Source: Diplonema japonicum
Taxonomy: Eukaryota; Protista; Euglenozoa: Diplonemea
NCBI GenBank assembly: GCA_964019335.1
Contig: OZ025666.1
Span: 620,001-684,000 of the forward strand
Direction: 5' to 3'
DNA length: 64,000 nucleotides
Shown in pieces: positions 1 through 12,730 of the stretch. Within the stretch, counting starts at the first letter, position 1. Each line of letters starts with the position of its first letter. The position numbers were made by a program, and so were the translations under genes. The notes beneath the pieces were generated by a model. The model was not told the DNA's origin, searched no databases, and saw only the letters and a program-made list of their open reading frames with translations.

Positions 1-1
1 G

Positions 2-64
2 TTCAACACCACCCTTAGCGGGCACCTTGCGGAGCTTGGCTATGATGTAACAATTCTTGAATAG
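2..64 (+). CDS. Probable 3' end of an upstream gene (FNTTLSGHLAELGYDVTILE*), partial
   Basis: Open frame with coding-like codons ending in TAG, followed by a T-rich UTR-like tract. Confidence 0.4.
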   Translation, partial: FNTTLSGHLAELGYDVTILE

Positions 65-88
65 TTCCGTCTTTTTCTTTGATTTGCG

Positions 89-131
<43 letters not shown>

Positions 132-132
132 C

Positions 133-173
133 TTGGTGGGTTTGTTGCTAACACTTCTCCCATCATAGTGAGT
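133..173. repeat. 41-nt hairpin motif, also present at 49591-49631
   Basis: ttggtggg..gttg..taacacttc..cccatc.tagtgagt conserved in both copies, each directly after a T-tract. Confidence 0.7.
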
Positions 174-241
174 TTCTTTGTTTATTTATTGTATTTTTTT
201 CTCGCGCCGCAGCCGACCTCAACCTCAGCATCATAACTTAA

Positions 242-1588
<1,347 letters not shown>

Positions 1589-1858
1589 ACGAAACGTATT
1601 TTTCTCCCGTTCTAAATTTTTTATTTTTTTTATCCCCCTTTTTTAACTTTTTTGCTCCTTTTTTTTTCTCCCCAACCACTTCTCTCCCATCTCCCTTCCC
1701 AAAACGACCAGTCTTCTTCAGCTGCTGCCCAAAGCGGTTTGCTGAAGTTTTGTAAACACTCACCCCCATTTTATTTTCTTCTTTCACCCCCTTTTTTTTT
1801 CTTTTTTACCCCGCGCTGAACACAGACAACTGTAAAGTATTACAACAGGTTAGTCAGC

Positions 1859-3826
1859 ATGACCGACAAGATTAAAGTGTTCGTGAGGCTGAGGCCTGTT
1901 GCAGTGGAGGGGGCACCCGACGTGACTAATGGGTACGACGAGGTGATGAACTACAGCGACTACCGTGTGCGTCCGTTGCAGGGTAAAGAGGCAGAGAGGG
2001 GAAAGGAAGGGTATGTGTTCCAGAGAGTGTTTGCACCGACGTGCGAGAACAGCGAGGTTTTCAAAGAGGTAAGAGAGGTCACCTCTGCAGCACTGGATGG
2101 GATCAGTGGGACGATCCTTGCATACGGGCAGACAGCCACAGGGAAGACGCACACCATGCGTGGGAGCGAGACCGACCCAGGGGTCACAGAGCGTGTTGTC
2201 AACCTTCTCTTCAAAGAAATATCCCGCAGGCAGGACTGGTCATACAGCGTCGAAGTCGCCTACTTTGAAATCTACAACGAGAAGGTGTTCGACCTGTTGT
2301 CAAGCACTTCTAAGAAGGATCTTGAGGTGCGCTGTGACAATGTCCAAGGCCTTCACTTTGACACCGCGAAGTGCGCCGACGAAGCTAAGGCGTCTCTCCT
2401 ATGCGGCGAGGCAAACCGAAAGAAGTCAAAGACTGACCTAAACGAATACTCGTCTCGCTCTCACACAGTTTTCCGGGTGCAGATCACCGGTGTCTCAGGG
2501 GGCAAGCGTAGGAGGTCCCTCCTCCACCTTGTCGACTTGGCAGGCTCCGAGAACGCCAAGGCAGCAGGTTACTCCGACGACACTGCTCAGCGACAGGAAG
2601 GCGGTGCCATCAATAAGTCCCTCCTGGCGCTCACCAACGTCATTAAAGGGCTTGCCGACAAGAAGACGCACATCAATTACCGCGACTCGAAGCTCACGCG
2701 CATCTTGCAGAACTCCCTCGGTGGCTCTGCGCGGACATGCATCATATGCTGCATCACCGCCGCGAAGAAGTACTTCGCCGAGACCATGTCCACGATACAC
2801 TTCGCGAACAGGGCTGGTGTTGTCTTCAACACAGTTAAGGTGAACGAGGTCGACGGTTCGAGGTCTGTGCCGTGGGACAGCTACTGCAAGATACTCGCCC
2901 TATACAAGGAAGACCTGGAGATGGCACAGACACGCGAGCAGAAGGTATGCACCCACACGGCATAATTTCATACCCAACACACAGCTGATAAAACAAATGA
3001 CGGCAGAGTGCGCCCAAGTGCTGCAGAACGCTCACAATGAGGCCATGAGGAACGAGGAGGTGCACCTCGAGATGGACTACCAAAGCCAGCAACACCTGAG
3101 CTCGCTGAGAACGCAGCTTGCAACGTATGGTTCAGCACAAGGGGCATGAAAAACACTCACAGGATTCAGAAAGAGGCTGCTGAACAGAAGGCCAGCCTTG
3201 AGAACGAGTTGGATTTTTTGAAGGGAAAACAGGAGGAGCTACAGCAAAAGGTTGCGGAGAAGGAAGGGGTGGTGGACAAGACTGGCGAGGTCGAGGCGTT
3301 GAAAGAAGAGGCTAGTGAACTGGAGGAGAAGGTGAAGAAGAGTGAGAAGGAGATGAAGAAGCTGACGAGTGAATTGACAAAGGTTGAGAAACAAGCAGCT
3401 GCTGTAGAAGGGAATCTGGAGAAGGTAAATAAGAAGCTGAAAGCAGCGGAGGAGAAGGCCGAGGAGCTGACAAGCGATGCGAAGTTGAAGGACGACTTGA
3501 TCGAGAAGCTGGAGTCGAAGACCATGGACATGGAGGTTGCTGCAGCGAAAGAGGAGACGCTAAGTGAAGAGAACAAGAAGCTGAGGCAGGAATGCGAAGA
3601 GAAAGCCGCCACCATCACCGGCCTCAAAAGGTCTGCTGAGGAAGCTGGCGCCCCTTCAAAGCGGTCCAAGACCACGCGTGCGGACATCACCAAGTTCTTG
3701 AAGACCAAACTCGAAATGGCCCCCCTTCGAGATCTATCCAACAGCCTTAATGAGTCGACCAGCACTATCAAGAAAGCTCCCCGCGTCTCAACTATGTTCA
3801 AGGACTTAAACATGTGGCCTGTGTGA
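1859..3826 (+). CDS. Kinesin with N-terminal motor and coiled-coil tail, kinesin-7/CENP-E-like; introns 2945-2984 and 3125-3162
   Basis: GQTATGKT P-loop, SSRSH, LVDLAGSE, YRDSKLTRILQ motifs; two GTATG..CAG introns join ORFs 1859 and 3146 in frame via exon LIKQMTAE..QLAT. Confidence 0.9.
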
Positions 3827-4293
3827 GGGACAAAAGGATCAATTTTTACTATTTTTGTTTATTTTTGTAAGAAACCACGTTTTTAAAGAGATTTATTTAT
3901 AGACCCTCAATTGTTAATACAAACTTTTATTAACCCCCCAGACGAGGAAGAGGAGGTCTGTTGCTTTCCTCTGGCAAAAGGGCGTTATTGTTTCGCCTGC
4001 CTCTTCGTAAAATAATAGCATGTACTAAACCGTTGTTTGAGGGGGTTAAGAAAGATTTATTGTCAACGACTTAAAACCCCCCTTTAGATACCCCCCTCCC
4101 CCCCGTCCTGTTCCCCTTCTTTCCCATTCTTCCTTGAAAACAAAAAAGAAAAGAAGGAGAAAGAAGGGGGGGGAGACGTATTTGTTTTTATCCCCCCCCC
4201 CTCTCCCTTTCTTGTTCTAGAGCCGTATTTAAACTGACCTTGTTCTCCGTTAAAACGCAGTGGTAGAACAAACTGACAGGCAGGTTTTGGAAA

Positions 4294-5925
4294 ATGGCGA
4301 CAAACCAGCTAGCATTGAAGATAGTGAGGGTGTGCGGTGTGCCCTGCGGCAACAGGTGCAGTGTGGAGTATCTCGTGGGGGCCGAGGAAAGAGCCGAGTC
4401 TGGGGACTTTGTCGCCAATGAGAAAGGCGAGGCAGTCCTGAACTGGGAGATCACTGTCGACGTCAAAGAGGAGGCCGCGAACTCGCTGAGGCTGAAGGTG
4501 AAGTACGGCTTGAAGGAAATACCAATGTGCATCTCATTAGAGAAGTTTATCAAAGCAGAGACAAAGGCTAAATGCAAGTTCGACAGCAAGGACAAGTCAG
4601 TGGCGGTGGTGATCTCTGGAAGGTGTGCGGTGCTGCCGCCGTCCTTCTGGGAGACCCTCCTCCCCGGCAAGGAAACAGCTACCCCTCGAGAAGTCTGTCT
4701 TGCCCTTCAGCATCACGAAGGCTTCATCCAATCCCTCAGGTCGTCCTGCGGCATTGCTCCTAACCCTCGCATCTGGAAGTGGGTCCATAGCACCATCCAT
4801 GACACCTTCCCCGAGTCCATTGAGAAGGGCACCTTCACCATGTCGTCGCTCATCAACCATCTCAAACAGGTTCTTGCTAAAGAGCAGACTGACAAGCACC
4901 CGACACGGCGCATGACCATCATCATCCAAGCAGAGGACGGATCAGCACACCCACTGGACGTGATGCCTGCCACCTTCCTCTCTGAAGTAATGGAAAAGTG
5001 CTACACGCACCTCAAGCTAGACACCGACAACATAGCCTTCAGGTACAACGGGCGACTTTTGATGGACGTGTCCCACACTGTAGAGGGTGTGGGGATCACA
5101 GATGGCAGCACGTTAAACATGTGCTTCCACCTGAGGGATGTGGAAGCAGTGCTGAAAAAGGTTGCTGCGCTGCAGGTTGAGAAGCAAACATGTGACTATG
5201 AAAACAGTAGCTTAAGGAGTGATGTTGAGAAGATGCGGCAGGCAGTTGGAGAACTACAGGCTGAAGTGGAGGCTTGCAGAGAGCAGCTGACGCAAGAGGA
5301 GGTGATCGAGGATTCTGTAGACCCGGATGGAATGACAACGATGAATGTGCTGCTGAAGGAGGTGGACATAGAGAGGACGCGGCACGACTTGGCGTACAGG
5401 TCGGAGATGCTGCAGATCGACTACGAGTCGAAGAGGGATGAGCTGAGGCACAGGGAGAATCAGAACAAACTGTTGAGACAGCATTTGATGTATTTAAACG
5501 AAAGTGCTAACAAGCAACTTGAGCCGTGGAAGGAGATTAAGGAAGAGCTGAACTGCGTGTCAGAGAAGATGGAGGAGGTGGACGAGATGCTTGGGATAGA
5601 GCAGTACGAGGTCGAAGTGGGCCCCGATGGCTTCATAGGTATCGAACTGGGTGAGAGTCCTGGCGGCAGCATATCTGTCCTGGACGTAGATGAGGACAGC
5701 CCAGCAGACCTTGCTGGTGTCATTGTGGGCGCAACTCTCTACTCATACGACGGGCACTCCGTCCGCTCCCTTGCTGACCTTGAGCGCGCGATGGATGACT
5801 TCGCCACAAAGCAAACCGGCACCCTAGTCATCGAGACGGGTGCGCCCTCTAAGGACGACTATGAGCGTGTCCTTAGTCTCCACGATCCACAACCCAAGCC
5901 CGAGAAGTCGTGCCTTGTTATGTAA
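4294..5925 (+). CDS. Hypothetical protein with ubiquitin-like domain, coiled coil and C-terminal PDZ-like domain
   Basis: 543-aa ORF; FRYNGRLL..TVEGVGITDGSTL (UBL-like); IGIEL..V.EDSPADLAGV..G (PDZ-like). Confidence 0.75.
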   Translation: MATNQLALKIVRVCGVPCGNRCSVEYLVGAEERAESGDFVANEKGEAVLNWEITVDVKEEAANSLRLKVKYGLKEIPMCISLEKFIKAETKAKCKFDSKDKSVAVVISGRCAVLPPSFWETLLPGKETATPREVCLALQHHEGFIQSLRSSCGIAPNPRIWKWVHSTIHDTFPESIEKGTFTMSSLINHLKQVLAKEQTDKHPTRRMTIIIQAEDGSAHPLDVMPATFLSEVMEKCYTHLKLDTDNIAFRYNGRLLMDVSHTVEGVGITDGSTLNMCFHLRDVEAVLKKVAALQVEKQTCDYENSSLRSDVEKMRQAVGELQAEVEACREQLTQEEVIEDSVDPDGMTTMNVLLKEVDIERTRHDLAYRSEMLQIDYESKRDELRHRENQNKLLRQHLMYLNESANKQLEPWKEIKEELNCVSEKMEEVDEMLGIEQYEVEVGPDGFIGIELGESPGGSISVLDVDEDSPADLAGVIVGATLYSYDGHSVRSLADLERAMDDFATKQTGTLVIETGAPSKDDYERVLSLHDPQPKPEKSCLVM

Positions 5926-6049
5926 CTTATGATCGCTCATTTACATGAGCAGACTATTCTCGTCTTTGTTCGCATCGCATGGTTCAGTCTTTGAGAAGAT
6001 TCACTCACACAGGAGATGCAACAAAAGTGCTAAAAAGAAACGGAAAATA

Positions 6050-7972
6050 ATGCCGCCTAAAGTGCAATGGGTGATGGGCCCTGGCGGGAAGCTGGTGGAG
6101 AGAAGTAGACCGATAAGTAGGTCTCCGTCAGCCAGCAGTGCCGAAAGGTTGACGGACGGCCTTACGTCGTTCGCACCTGCAGCGGTGAGAGGGGCGAAAA
6201 TTGATAAGACCCGAAAGACTAAAAACGCTTGGGATACTGATATAGCGAGGAAAAGGCGGCTGAACGAAGCTCATCAAGAAAACGTGAAGAGGGCAAGATC
6301 GGATAGTGTGAGCAGTGTGAGGAGCTCTGAGGCGGGTAGCCGCTCGCCATCCCCTGCGCCTCGTAGTCCTGCACCCCGTGGCCTCAGCCCATCGTCTGCA
6401 CGAGGACAAACACCTGACCAGATCAAAGGTCTGGACTTTACCACGGTCGATGCTATGAAGAAAAGGAACGCGTCAAAATTCGAGCAACGCGAGCTGAATA
6501 AGAAGAGCAGGATGAGACCAGATGCCGGTGAGACACCAGAGGAAGGTTCGACGATAGTGCAACCGAAGAGCATGGCAGAAATAAACAGGGAAAGGAGGGA
6601 ACGTGAGGAAACAGCTTCCAAGGAAGCCCTGATGCCGCCGATTCTAAAGTGCCTACCAGGCGGGGCAGGGAACAACGTCTCGATGCCTGCAGAGGTTAAG
6701 GCAGCGTTGAAGGAGCTGAAGCCAGAAAACTACTTCGAACTCCGCAGCCCGATGAAGAACGGTAAGATGAGGAAGATGGTAGTGAGGGTAGGCGACTACA
6801 CCGCACCTTCAGGGATGATTGTGATCCCTCAGCACGCAATGCGAGGCTTCCTCGACGTGAAGGAGCAGACCGACCTATTCATCAAGGAGGTCAGCATTCC
6901 TGTCTGCGAGCGTGTTACCTTCGAGGTGTCAGGCGCTGTGTCTGAACGCGAGGAAGAGCATCGCAGTAAACTACGCAAGCTCCTTGAGAACTATGGCTGT
7001 CTGAACCGAGACGAAGTGCTCGTTTTAGATAAGATGCGCTTCAAAGTAGTTGATCTTGCTCCTGAGAAGTCTGTTGGTGCGACGCCTGTCAAGGCCATCA
7101 AGTTTAGGGTATGCTGGATTTTGCTTCATTCTTAATCATCACACAGGTAAAGGCTGACAAGAGGGTACCAGAAATAAAGGTGAGTTCCGCGAAGAGAGCG
7201 AAGCACAGCGTCAAGGAGGGAATGGTGCGTGTTGTGGCATCAGGTGCTGGGAGGCTAAGGCTGTGCGCATTGGATGCAAACGGAGATAAGGCCACCTCGA
7301 GGCTATATGTGAATATGGGTGACGAGAAGCCCTCCATGCAGCAGTACAAGTGGGGAGGCTACCCTGAGCTGGAGTGCGACTTCAAGGGGATAACAATGTT
7401 CAACGTTCTAGTAGTGGGTGGGTCCTGTGTGCTGCATGCTGCTGTGCTAAGTGTGCAAGAGGTTCAGGTCCCCGACGAAGAGGTCTCCCTATCAGGGCAC
7501 TCCAAGGCCATCTTGTCGTACTACCAAAAGGAGAACAGAGTGCCCTCCCCTGAAGAGGTGCAAAACCGCTCCCCCGGGATCGACATCACCAAACTCACGT
7601 GTCTTGAAAAGCTGCTCACGATAACCGCCGACCCGAAGCAACGGAATTGTTACACCCCACCCCATGCTGACAGATGGGGTTCTGTGTTGAACCAAACCGA
7701 AGCTTTGCGGTCTTTCCCTTGCTGGCTGCGCGTGTCATTGGTATGTGAGAATCCATGAAATACAATAAGATAAAACACAGCTTCTGCAGCAAAAAGAAGT
7801 CAGTGCCGCATGCCTGGAAGACCTGAGCGACTCTCTTAATACCCCGGAGGGCGAGACCATCCTCATCCATATCTTCACAGCTCTAGCTTCCCCGGATCTC
7901 CGCGTGCAACAGCCCGCTATTCAGATCCTTCGCCTTTTTAGAGAGCCTCGCGAGGTCATATCTATTGACTGA
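6050..7972 (+). CDS. Protein with basic low-complexity N-terminus and UFD1-like domain; introns 7109-7146 and 7741-7780
   Basis: VGDYTAPSGMIVIPQHAM and LENYGCLNRDEVL resemble UFD1 motifs; introns restore the frame through to TGA 7970-7972. Confidence 0.65.
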
Positions 7973-8035
7973 ATCTTTAGTTTTGGTCGCTTTTACGAAG
8001 AGTGTTCTATTTCTTTCCCAGGAGGGGCGCCTTCA

Positions 8036-10879
8036 ATGGAAGCGTTGCGGAGTGTCATAGGTGGCGGCAAGAAGAAGGAGGACAAGCCTCAGCAAAAGAA
8101 GCTGCAAGTAAAGGAAGACTATGAGAAGATCACGGCGATTTCAATACCCAAGTTTAACATGACACGATCTGGGCATGTTGATTACTTGGTGGAGGTCAGG
8201 AAAGGAGGCACGTCTTGGCAGGTGAAGAGAAGGTACACTCAATTTAAAAAGTTGCATGCGGACCTCACATCCCTGTGCCCCATGACCACGCCTTACCACT
8301 GTGAGTACGGAGTAGTGCCGGTGCTGTGCGGCAGTTCCTGGACGGAAGTCACAAATCAATCGGTTGAACTAATAACAAAACGGAAGAATTTTCTAGAGAT
8401 ATATCTTGAGCAGCTTTTGGTGTGCAGGAACAGGTTCTACCAGGCGAGGACTGCGCTGTACTCTTTCCTTCACGATGATGAGTTGCCGCTGTCGTCTCGC
8501 CCAGGTACCACACCGCTTCCCGGTCTTGGCGCAAGTGGTGGTCAAATACAAGAGTCCCCCCCTACACATCAGCAAACACAATCGCAGCCGATCCCGCAGC
8601 CACAGTCGCAGCCTACCCCACAGCACTCTCAGCAGCAATCTCAGCCCTCTTTGCTGGCCGTTAGCGATGCCATGACTGTCCCCGTACCCAAGGGCGACGA
8701 CGCCCTGCAGGCATCGTGTCCCTCTGTCCCGGGACCTTCTTTCCTAAACCTGCTGCAACCTGAGAACGGGAACAGCAGCCCAGACGACACACCAAACGTG
8801 ACACCTAGGTACGAGGGCAAGCAGGCGTGCTCAAAGTGCGGCAAGATTGAGCCTATTATGGACATTGAAGCATGGGAGAAGGAAGGGATCTGCGATGTGT
8901 GCGACGAGACAGTGCGGTGGGAGATACAGAACGAGGACGAGAGGGAGGAGAAGGATGTCCTTGCCGTCAAACGGCCACAATGGGCGAACAGCACCACTTG
9001 CGGCCTGTGCAATGGAAAGTTCTCGTTCTTCTTGCGAAAGCACCACTGCAGAAAGTGCGGAGGCATATTCTGTGGTTACTGCTCGTCGTACACTCACAAG
9101 CTGCCGGAGCTGAAGTATGAGAACGAGGTGCGTGTGTGCAAAACATGCAAAGAGGTTCTCATCAATGTTGTGGCGGTGAGCTCCGCTAGCACTCCTAGCC
9201 ACCAGGAGGAGTCCAGCGATGACGCCACCGAAGCTGCGGACGACCAGTCGAACTTCAAAGCTGACGATTTCGAGCTAATCACAACACTAGGGAAGGGGAC
9301 CTTCGGGAAGGTGATGAAGGTGCGTCATCGCGTGACCGGTGTAGTGTACGCCATGAAGGTGTTGTCCAAGACAGTGGTGCACAAGAGGCGGATGGTCGAT
9401 TACATAAGAGAAGAGAAAAACATTTTAGCCTCCGTGAAGCACCCCTTCATTGTGCCCCTCTACGACGCCTTCCAGACTGACCACAACCTCTACCTGCTGC
9501 TAGAGTTCCTCCCGGGTGGTGAGCTGTACAGCCACATTTACTCCCAGGGAAGGTTCGGTGAGGTTGACGCTAGGTTCTACATTGCAGAGATGGTGCTGGC
9601 TGTGGGCTACCTGCACTCGCACGACATAGTGCACAGGGACATCAAACCTGAGAACATTGTGCTCGACAGGAATGGCCACGCCAAGCTGACAGACTTTGGG
9701 TTGGCGAAGGCAGGGTTCTCAAGGGCCATCAGGAGGTCGTTTGTGGGCTCAGCAGAGTACCTCGCGCCGGAAACCGTGCGAGGCGACCCGCAGACGAAGG
9801 CGGTGGACTGGTGGTCGGTAGGCGTCCTGCTGTACGAGATGCTGTCGGGGTGCGCACCTTACAACGGCACCAACAACAACGACGTTTACAACCAGATCCA
9901 ATACAAGGAGTTGAAGTACACGCACCTCAAGTCGGATAAGTCGAAAGGCATTCTAAAGAAGCTACTAATGCGTGACATACGCAAGAGGTACACAGACGCC
10001 GAGGAGGTCATGCGAGACGAGTTCTTCGAGTCCATCAACTGGGAACTGTTGTACCAGAGAAAGGTGAAGCCGCCTTTCGTACCCGATTTGGAGCACAACG
10101 ACACGAAGTACTTCAGCAGGGAGTTCACGCACGAGTGGGCAGTGATAGAGGGCGAGCGGGCGGGGAAGGGAACGATCGACATGCTGAGCAACAAGTTCGA
10201 CAACTTCCCAGGAGCCGCAACGCGGAGAGAATCACCACCTCCAATGGCCATCAACATCCCGAAACCACCGTCGCTGACAGAAATGGTGGAAGGCGACTGT
10301 CTGCAACCCGGCGACAGTGTCATGGGCGGCACCGACATGTCGGCAGCAGAAGCAAAGAGCACCTTCGTTGGTGTATGGTACTTGAGGTCGGTGGAGCTCA
10401 TTGCGGAAAGCGGGAAGATCTCGTACCCATGGGGCTCCGATGTTGTGGGGCAGGCAGTGTATTCGGCGAACGGACAATTCTCGCTGCAGTGCACGATGAC
10501 AAGGAACGCACGCACAACGTTCAAGGATGATGGGTACACAAAGGTGACACGTGATGAGATGGCTGAGGCGTACCTGAGCTACGTGGCGTCCTTTGGGGTG
10601 TACACCTACGAAGATGGCGACAAGTACATCACACACCACTGCATAGGCTCTCTCGTCCCCAACTGGGCCGAGGCCGAGCAGAAGCGTTACTTCAGGTTCA
10701 TTGACAGCAATGGATCCCTCGATCGGGACAGCCTCGTCCTCGCCACAGGGTCACTCGGTATCGATGGGATGTCAGCCAGAACTGTGATGAAGTTTCAACG
10801 ACTGTCTGACAGCCCCGCCCTCCCTGGCTTCATGCGCGAGAAGGTGGCCGCTCGCCGCCCCGACACAGTCGATACATGA
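8036..10879 (+). CDS. AGC-family protein kinase with PX and FYVE domains and a C-terminal lipocalin-like domain (trypanosome ZFK-like)
   Basis: PX (VKRRYTQFKKLH), FYVE (RKHHCRKCG, RVC), kinase (GKGTFG, HRDIKPEN, DFG, APE), AGC tail (PPFVP..YFSREF), lipocalin-like FVGVWYL..G...YS.NG. Confidence 0.92.
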   Translation: MEALRSVIGGGKKKEDKPQQKKLQVKEDYEKITAISIPKFNMTRSGHVDYLVEVRKGGTSWQVKRRYTQFKKLHADLTSLCPMTTPYHCEYGVVPVLCGSSWTEVTNQSVELITKRKNFLEIYLEQLLVCRNRFYQARTALYSFLHDDELPLSSRPGTTPLPGLGASGGQIQESPPTHQQTQSQPIPQPQSQPTPQHSQQQSQPSLLAVSDAMTVPVPKGDDALQASCPSVPGPSFLNLLQPENGNSSPDDTPNVTPRYEGKQACSKCGKIEPIMDIEAWEKEGICDVCDETVRWEIQNEDEREEKDVLAVKRPQWANSTTCGLCNGKFSFFLRKHHCRKCGGIFCGYCSSYTHKLPELKYENEVRVCKTCKEVLINVVAVSSASTPSHQEESSDDATEAADDQSNFKADDFELITTLGKGTFGKVMKVRHRVTGVVYAMKVLSKTVVHKRRMVDYIREEKNILASVKHPFIVPLYDAFQTDHNLYLLLEFLPGGELYSHIYSQGRFGEVDARFYIAEMVLAVGYLHSHDIVHRDIKPENIVLDRNGHAKLTDFGLAKAGFSRAIRRSFVGSAEYLAPETVRGDPQTKAVDWWSVGVLLYEMLSGCAPYNGTNNNDVYNQIQYKELKYTHLKSDKSKGILKKLLMRDIRKRYTDAEEVMRDEFFESINWELLYQRKVKPPFVPDLEHNDTKYFSREFTHEWAVIEGERAGKGTIDMLSNKFDNFPGAATRRESPPPMAINIPKPPSLTEMVEGDCLQPGDSVMGGTDMSAAEAKSTFVGVWYLRSVELIAESGKISYPWGSDVVGQAVYSANGQFSLQCTMTRNARTTFKDDGYTKVTRDEMAEAYLSYVASFGVYTYEDGDKYITHHCIGSLVPNWAEAEQKRYFRFIDSNGSLDRDSLVLATGSLGIDGMSARTVMKFQRLSDSPALPGFMREKVAARRPDTVDT

Positions 10880-11581
10880 GATGAGGATTCTTTTTAATGT
10901 ATAAAAAGGGCTACTTACCACCCCACATTTAGTTTTTTTTTGTTTTTTGTTTCAGTCGCTTTTCACCATTTCTTTTTAGATTTTTTTTTCTTTCACTGCT
11001 AGACAAGGTGCTGCATGCGGTACCTGTTTTTTTGGGGGAAAGACATTATGTCGATTATCTCTTTTTTTTTTTTTTTTTTTTTTTTTGAAGCGATAGAGAA
11101 AAGAAAAGTTATGATCCTGAGATCACTTAGGGGAGAGAAAAGGGTGTTACCCTGTTGAGGAGTGTTTTTTGTTTTTTTGTTTTTTGCAATATCAATAGTT
11201 GTGTTTAATATGAAAAGAAGAGCTTGTGTCGAAAGAAAGAAGAATGGAAGAAGAGAAGAGACGCCCCTCCTTCCCCCCGAATTCTTTTGGTTTCACTGCA
11301 AATGAAGGAATTCGTCAGGAGAAAGAAAGGATGAAAAAAAGAAAAAAAAGTAAAAACAATGAATGAAAAGAAAAGGATTTCCTTTCCCGCCAAACCCCCC
11401 TTTTTTTTCTGCAAGAACGAGTCTTTGACTTAGTTTAAAAACAAAAAGGGGTGAAAACGTTGATCACTATGCTTTTGGTCCCCCCCCCCCCCCCCCCGTC
11501 TTTTCTTTAAATACCCCCCTCTCATCCTGTTATTTTTTTCAAAAGAGATATTAAAAAGTCTTTACCACCCTCCCCACTAGA

Positions 11582-12706
11582 ATGAACGACATTACACGTG
11601 ATGTTCTGTGTGAAATATTGACATGGGCAGGCATTGAGGGGCTAAGTGCAACAGGAGTCAGCAACACCTGGAGAAATGCAGGTAAGCTAGCCTTTGCAGA
11701 GGAGCTAGCTTGGATCGATAAGGAAAAGGAGGTTATTTCCTCGACATTGGAGGAAGATCAGAGGCCACTGCATTTATTTGTGGAAACCGAGGGGCGTTTC
11801 CAAGGCGAAGGCAGCCTTGCGGTACAAAAGGGCGCTGACACGGTGCAGATCCTGAACCCGGACAACACATCAGAATTAAGGATACCCCAGTCGTGCTTGT
11901 GGTACTCGGTAAGCTGCAGACGATTTCTTTACATAGACTGGGTGGACCGCCCGGGTTTTTTCGTGACCACGATACCAAACGGAAGCAGAAAAACGCTTCT
12001 TGAGGAGCTTGACCCGGTTAGGGAGGACGAGACATTGTTCGCAGCACATCACACCCACACGGGAGGTGTCTTTCTTCGTGTTGATTCCCGTATCACATGT
12101 ATCTTGAACAACAGGACCACGGTCTATAACTACAGCCCGCCTGCTATGTTGCTATGGAAGGAGCTCGAGACCTGTTGCTACGTCTCCGCCACAAGTACCA
12201 TCATTATCATGGGGGAGTCATGTTGTGTGGAGATGGACGTAAGCGATCCTCTTGCGCTGGTGCAGCTTCCCTCCCTGCATTATGGGGCGACTCCTGACGG
12301 GGCGGTTGTCCTTCGTACTAGAAACAGTTCCTTGCAGCATAGTATCCTTTACAAGAAGGGTGAGGTCTTTGCGTCTTTGACACCTGATAGGTTGCGTGCG
12401 ATACACCAGGCGCCACCGACCACAAGCTTCTTCTTCGAAGACATTGTTCTGTCATCCTCCACCGTTGCTGTCTTAGTCACCCCACTCGGGCCCGTTCCGC
12501 CTGCTTCCATTGCCCTCTTCTCCCTTCGCCATGCTGTTTTTTTAACTTGCATCCCTTTCGCGTCACTAGACATCCCCACACCTGCCCTGTCGCAGCAGGG
12601 TTACGCCATCAAGCTTGCTAGGTTTCAGGGGAGGCCTTCAGTTACAGTGCTTCTTCCCTCTGAGCTGGGTACCTGCTTTATTACGATAGCTACTCGTTCT
12701 TCATAA
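11582..12706 (+). CDS. Hypothetical protein, possible N-terminal F-box-like motif
   Basis: 374-aa ORF on the gene strand; DITRDVLCEILTW..VSNTWR resembles an F-box. Confidence 0.55.
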   Translation: MNDITRDVLCEILTWAGIEGLSATGVSNTWRNAGKLAFAEELAWIDKEKEVISSTLEEDQRPLHLFVETEGRFQGEGSLAVQKGADTVQILNPDNTSELRIPQSCLWYSVSCRRFLYIDWVDRPGFFVTTIPNGSRKTLLEELDPVREDETLFAAHHTHTGGVFLRVDSRITCILNNRTTVYNYSPPAMLLWKELETCCYVSATSTIIIMGESCCVEMDVSDPLALVQLPSLHYGATPDGAVVLRTRNSSLQHSILYKKGEVFASLTPDRLRAIHQAPPTTSFFFEDIVLSSSTVAVLVTPLGPVPPASIALFSLRHAVFLTCIPFASLDIPTPALSQQGYAIKLARFQGRPSVTVLLPSELGTCFITIATRSS

Positions 12707-12730
12707 CAAGGCAACAATTTAAAGGTAAAA

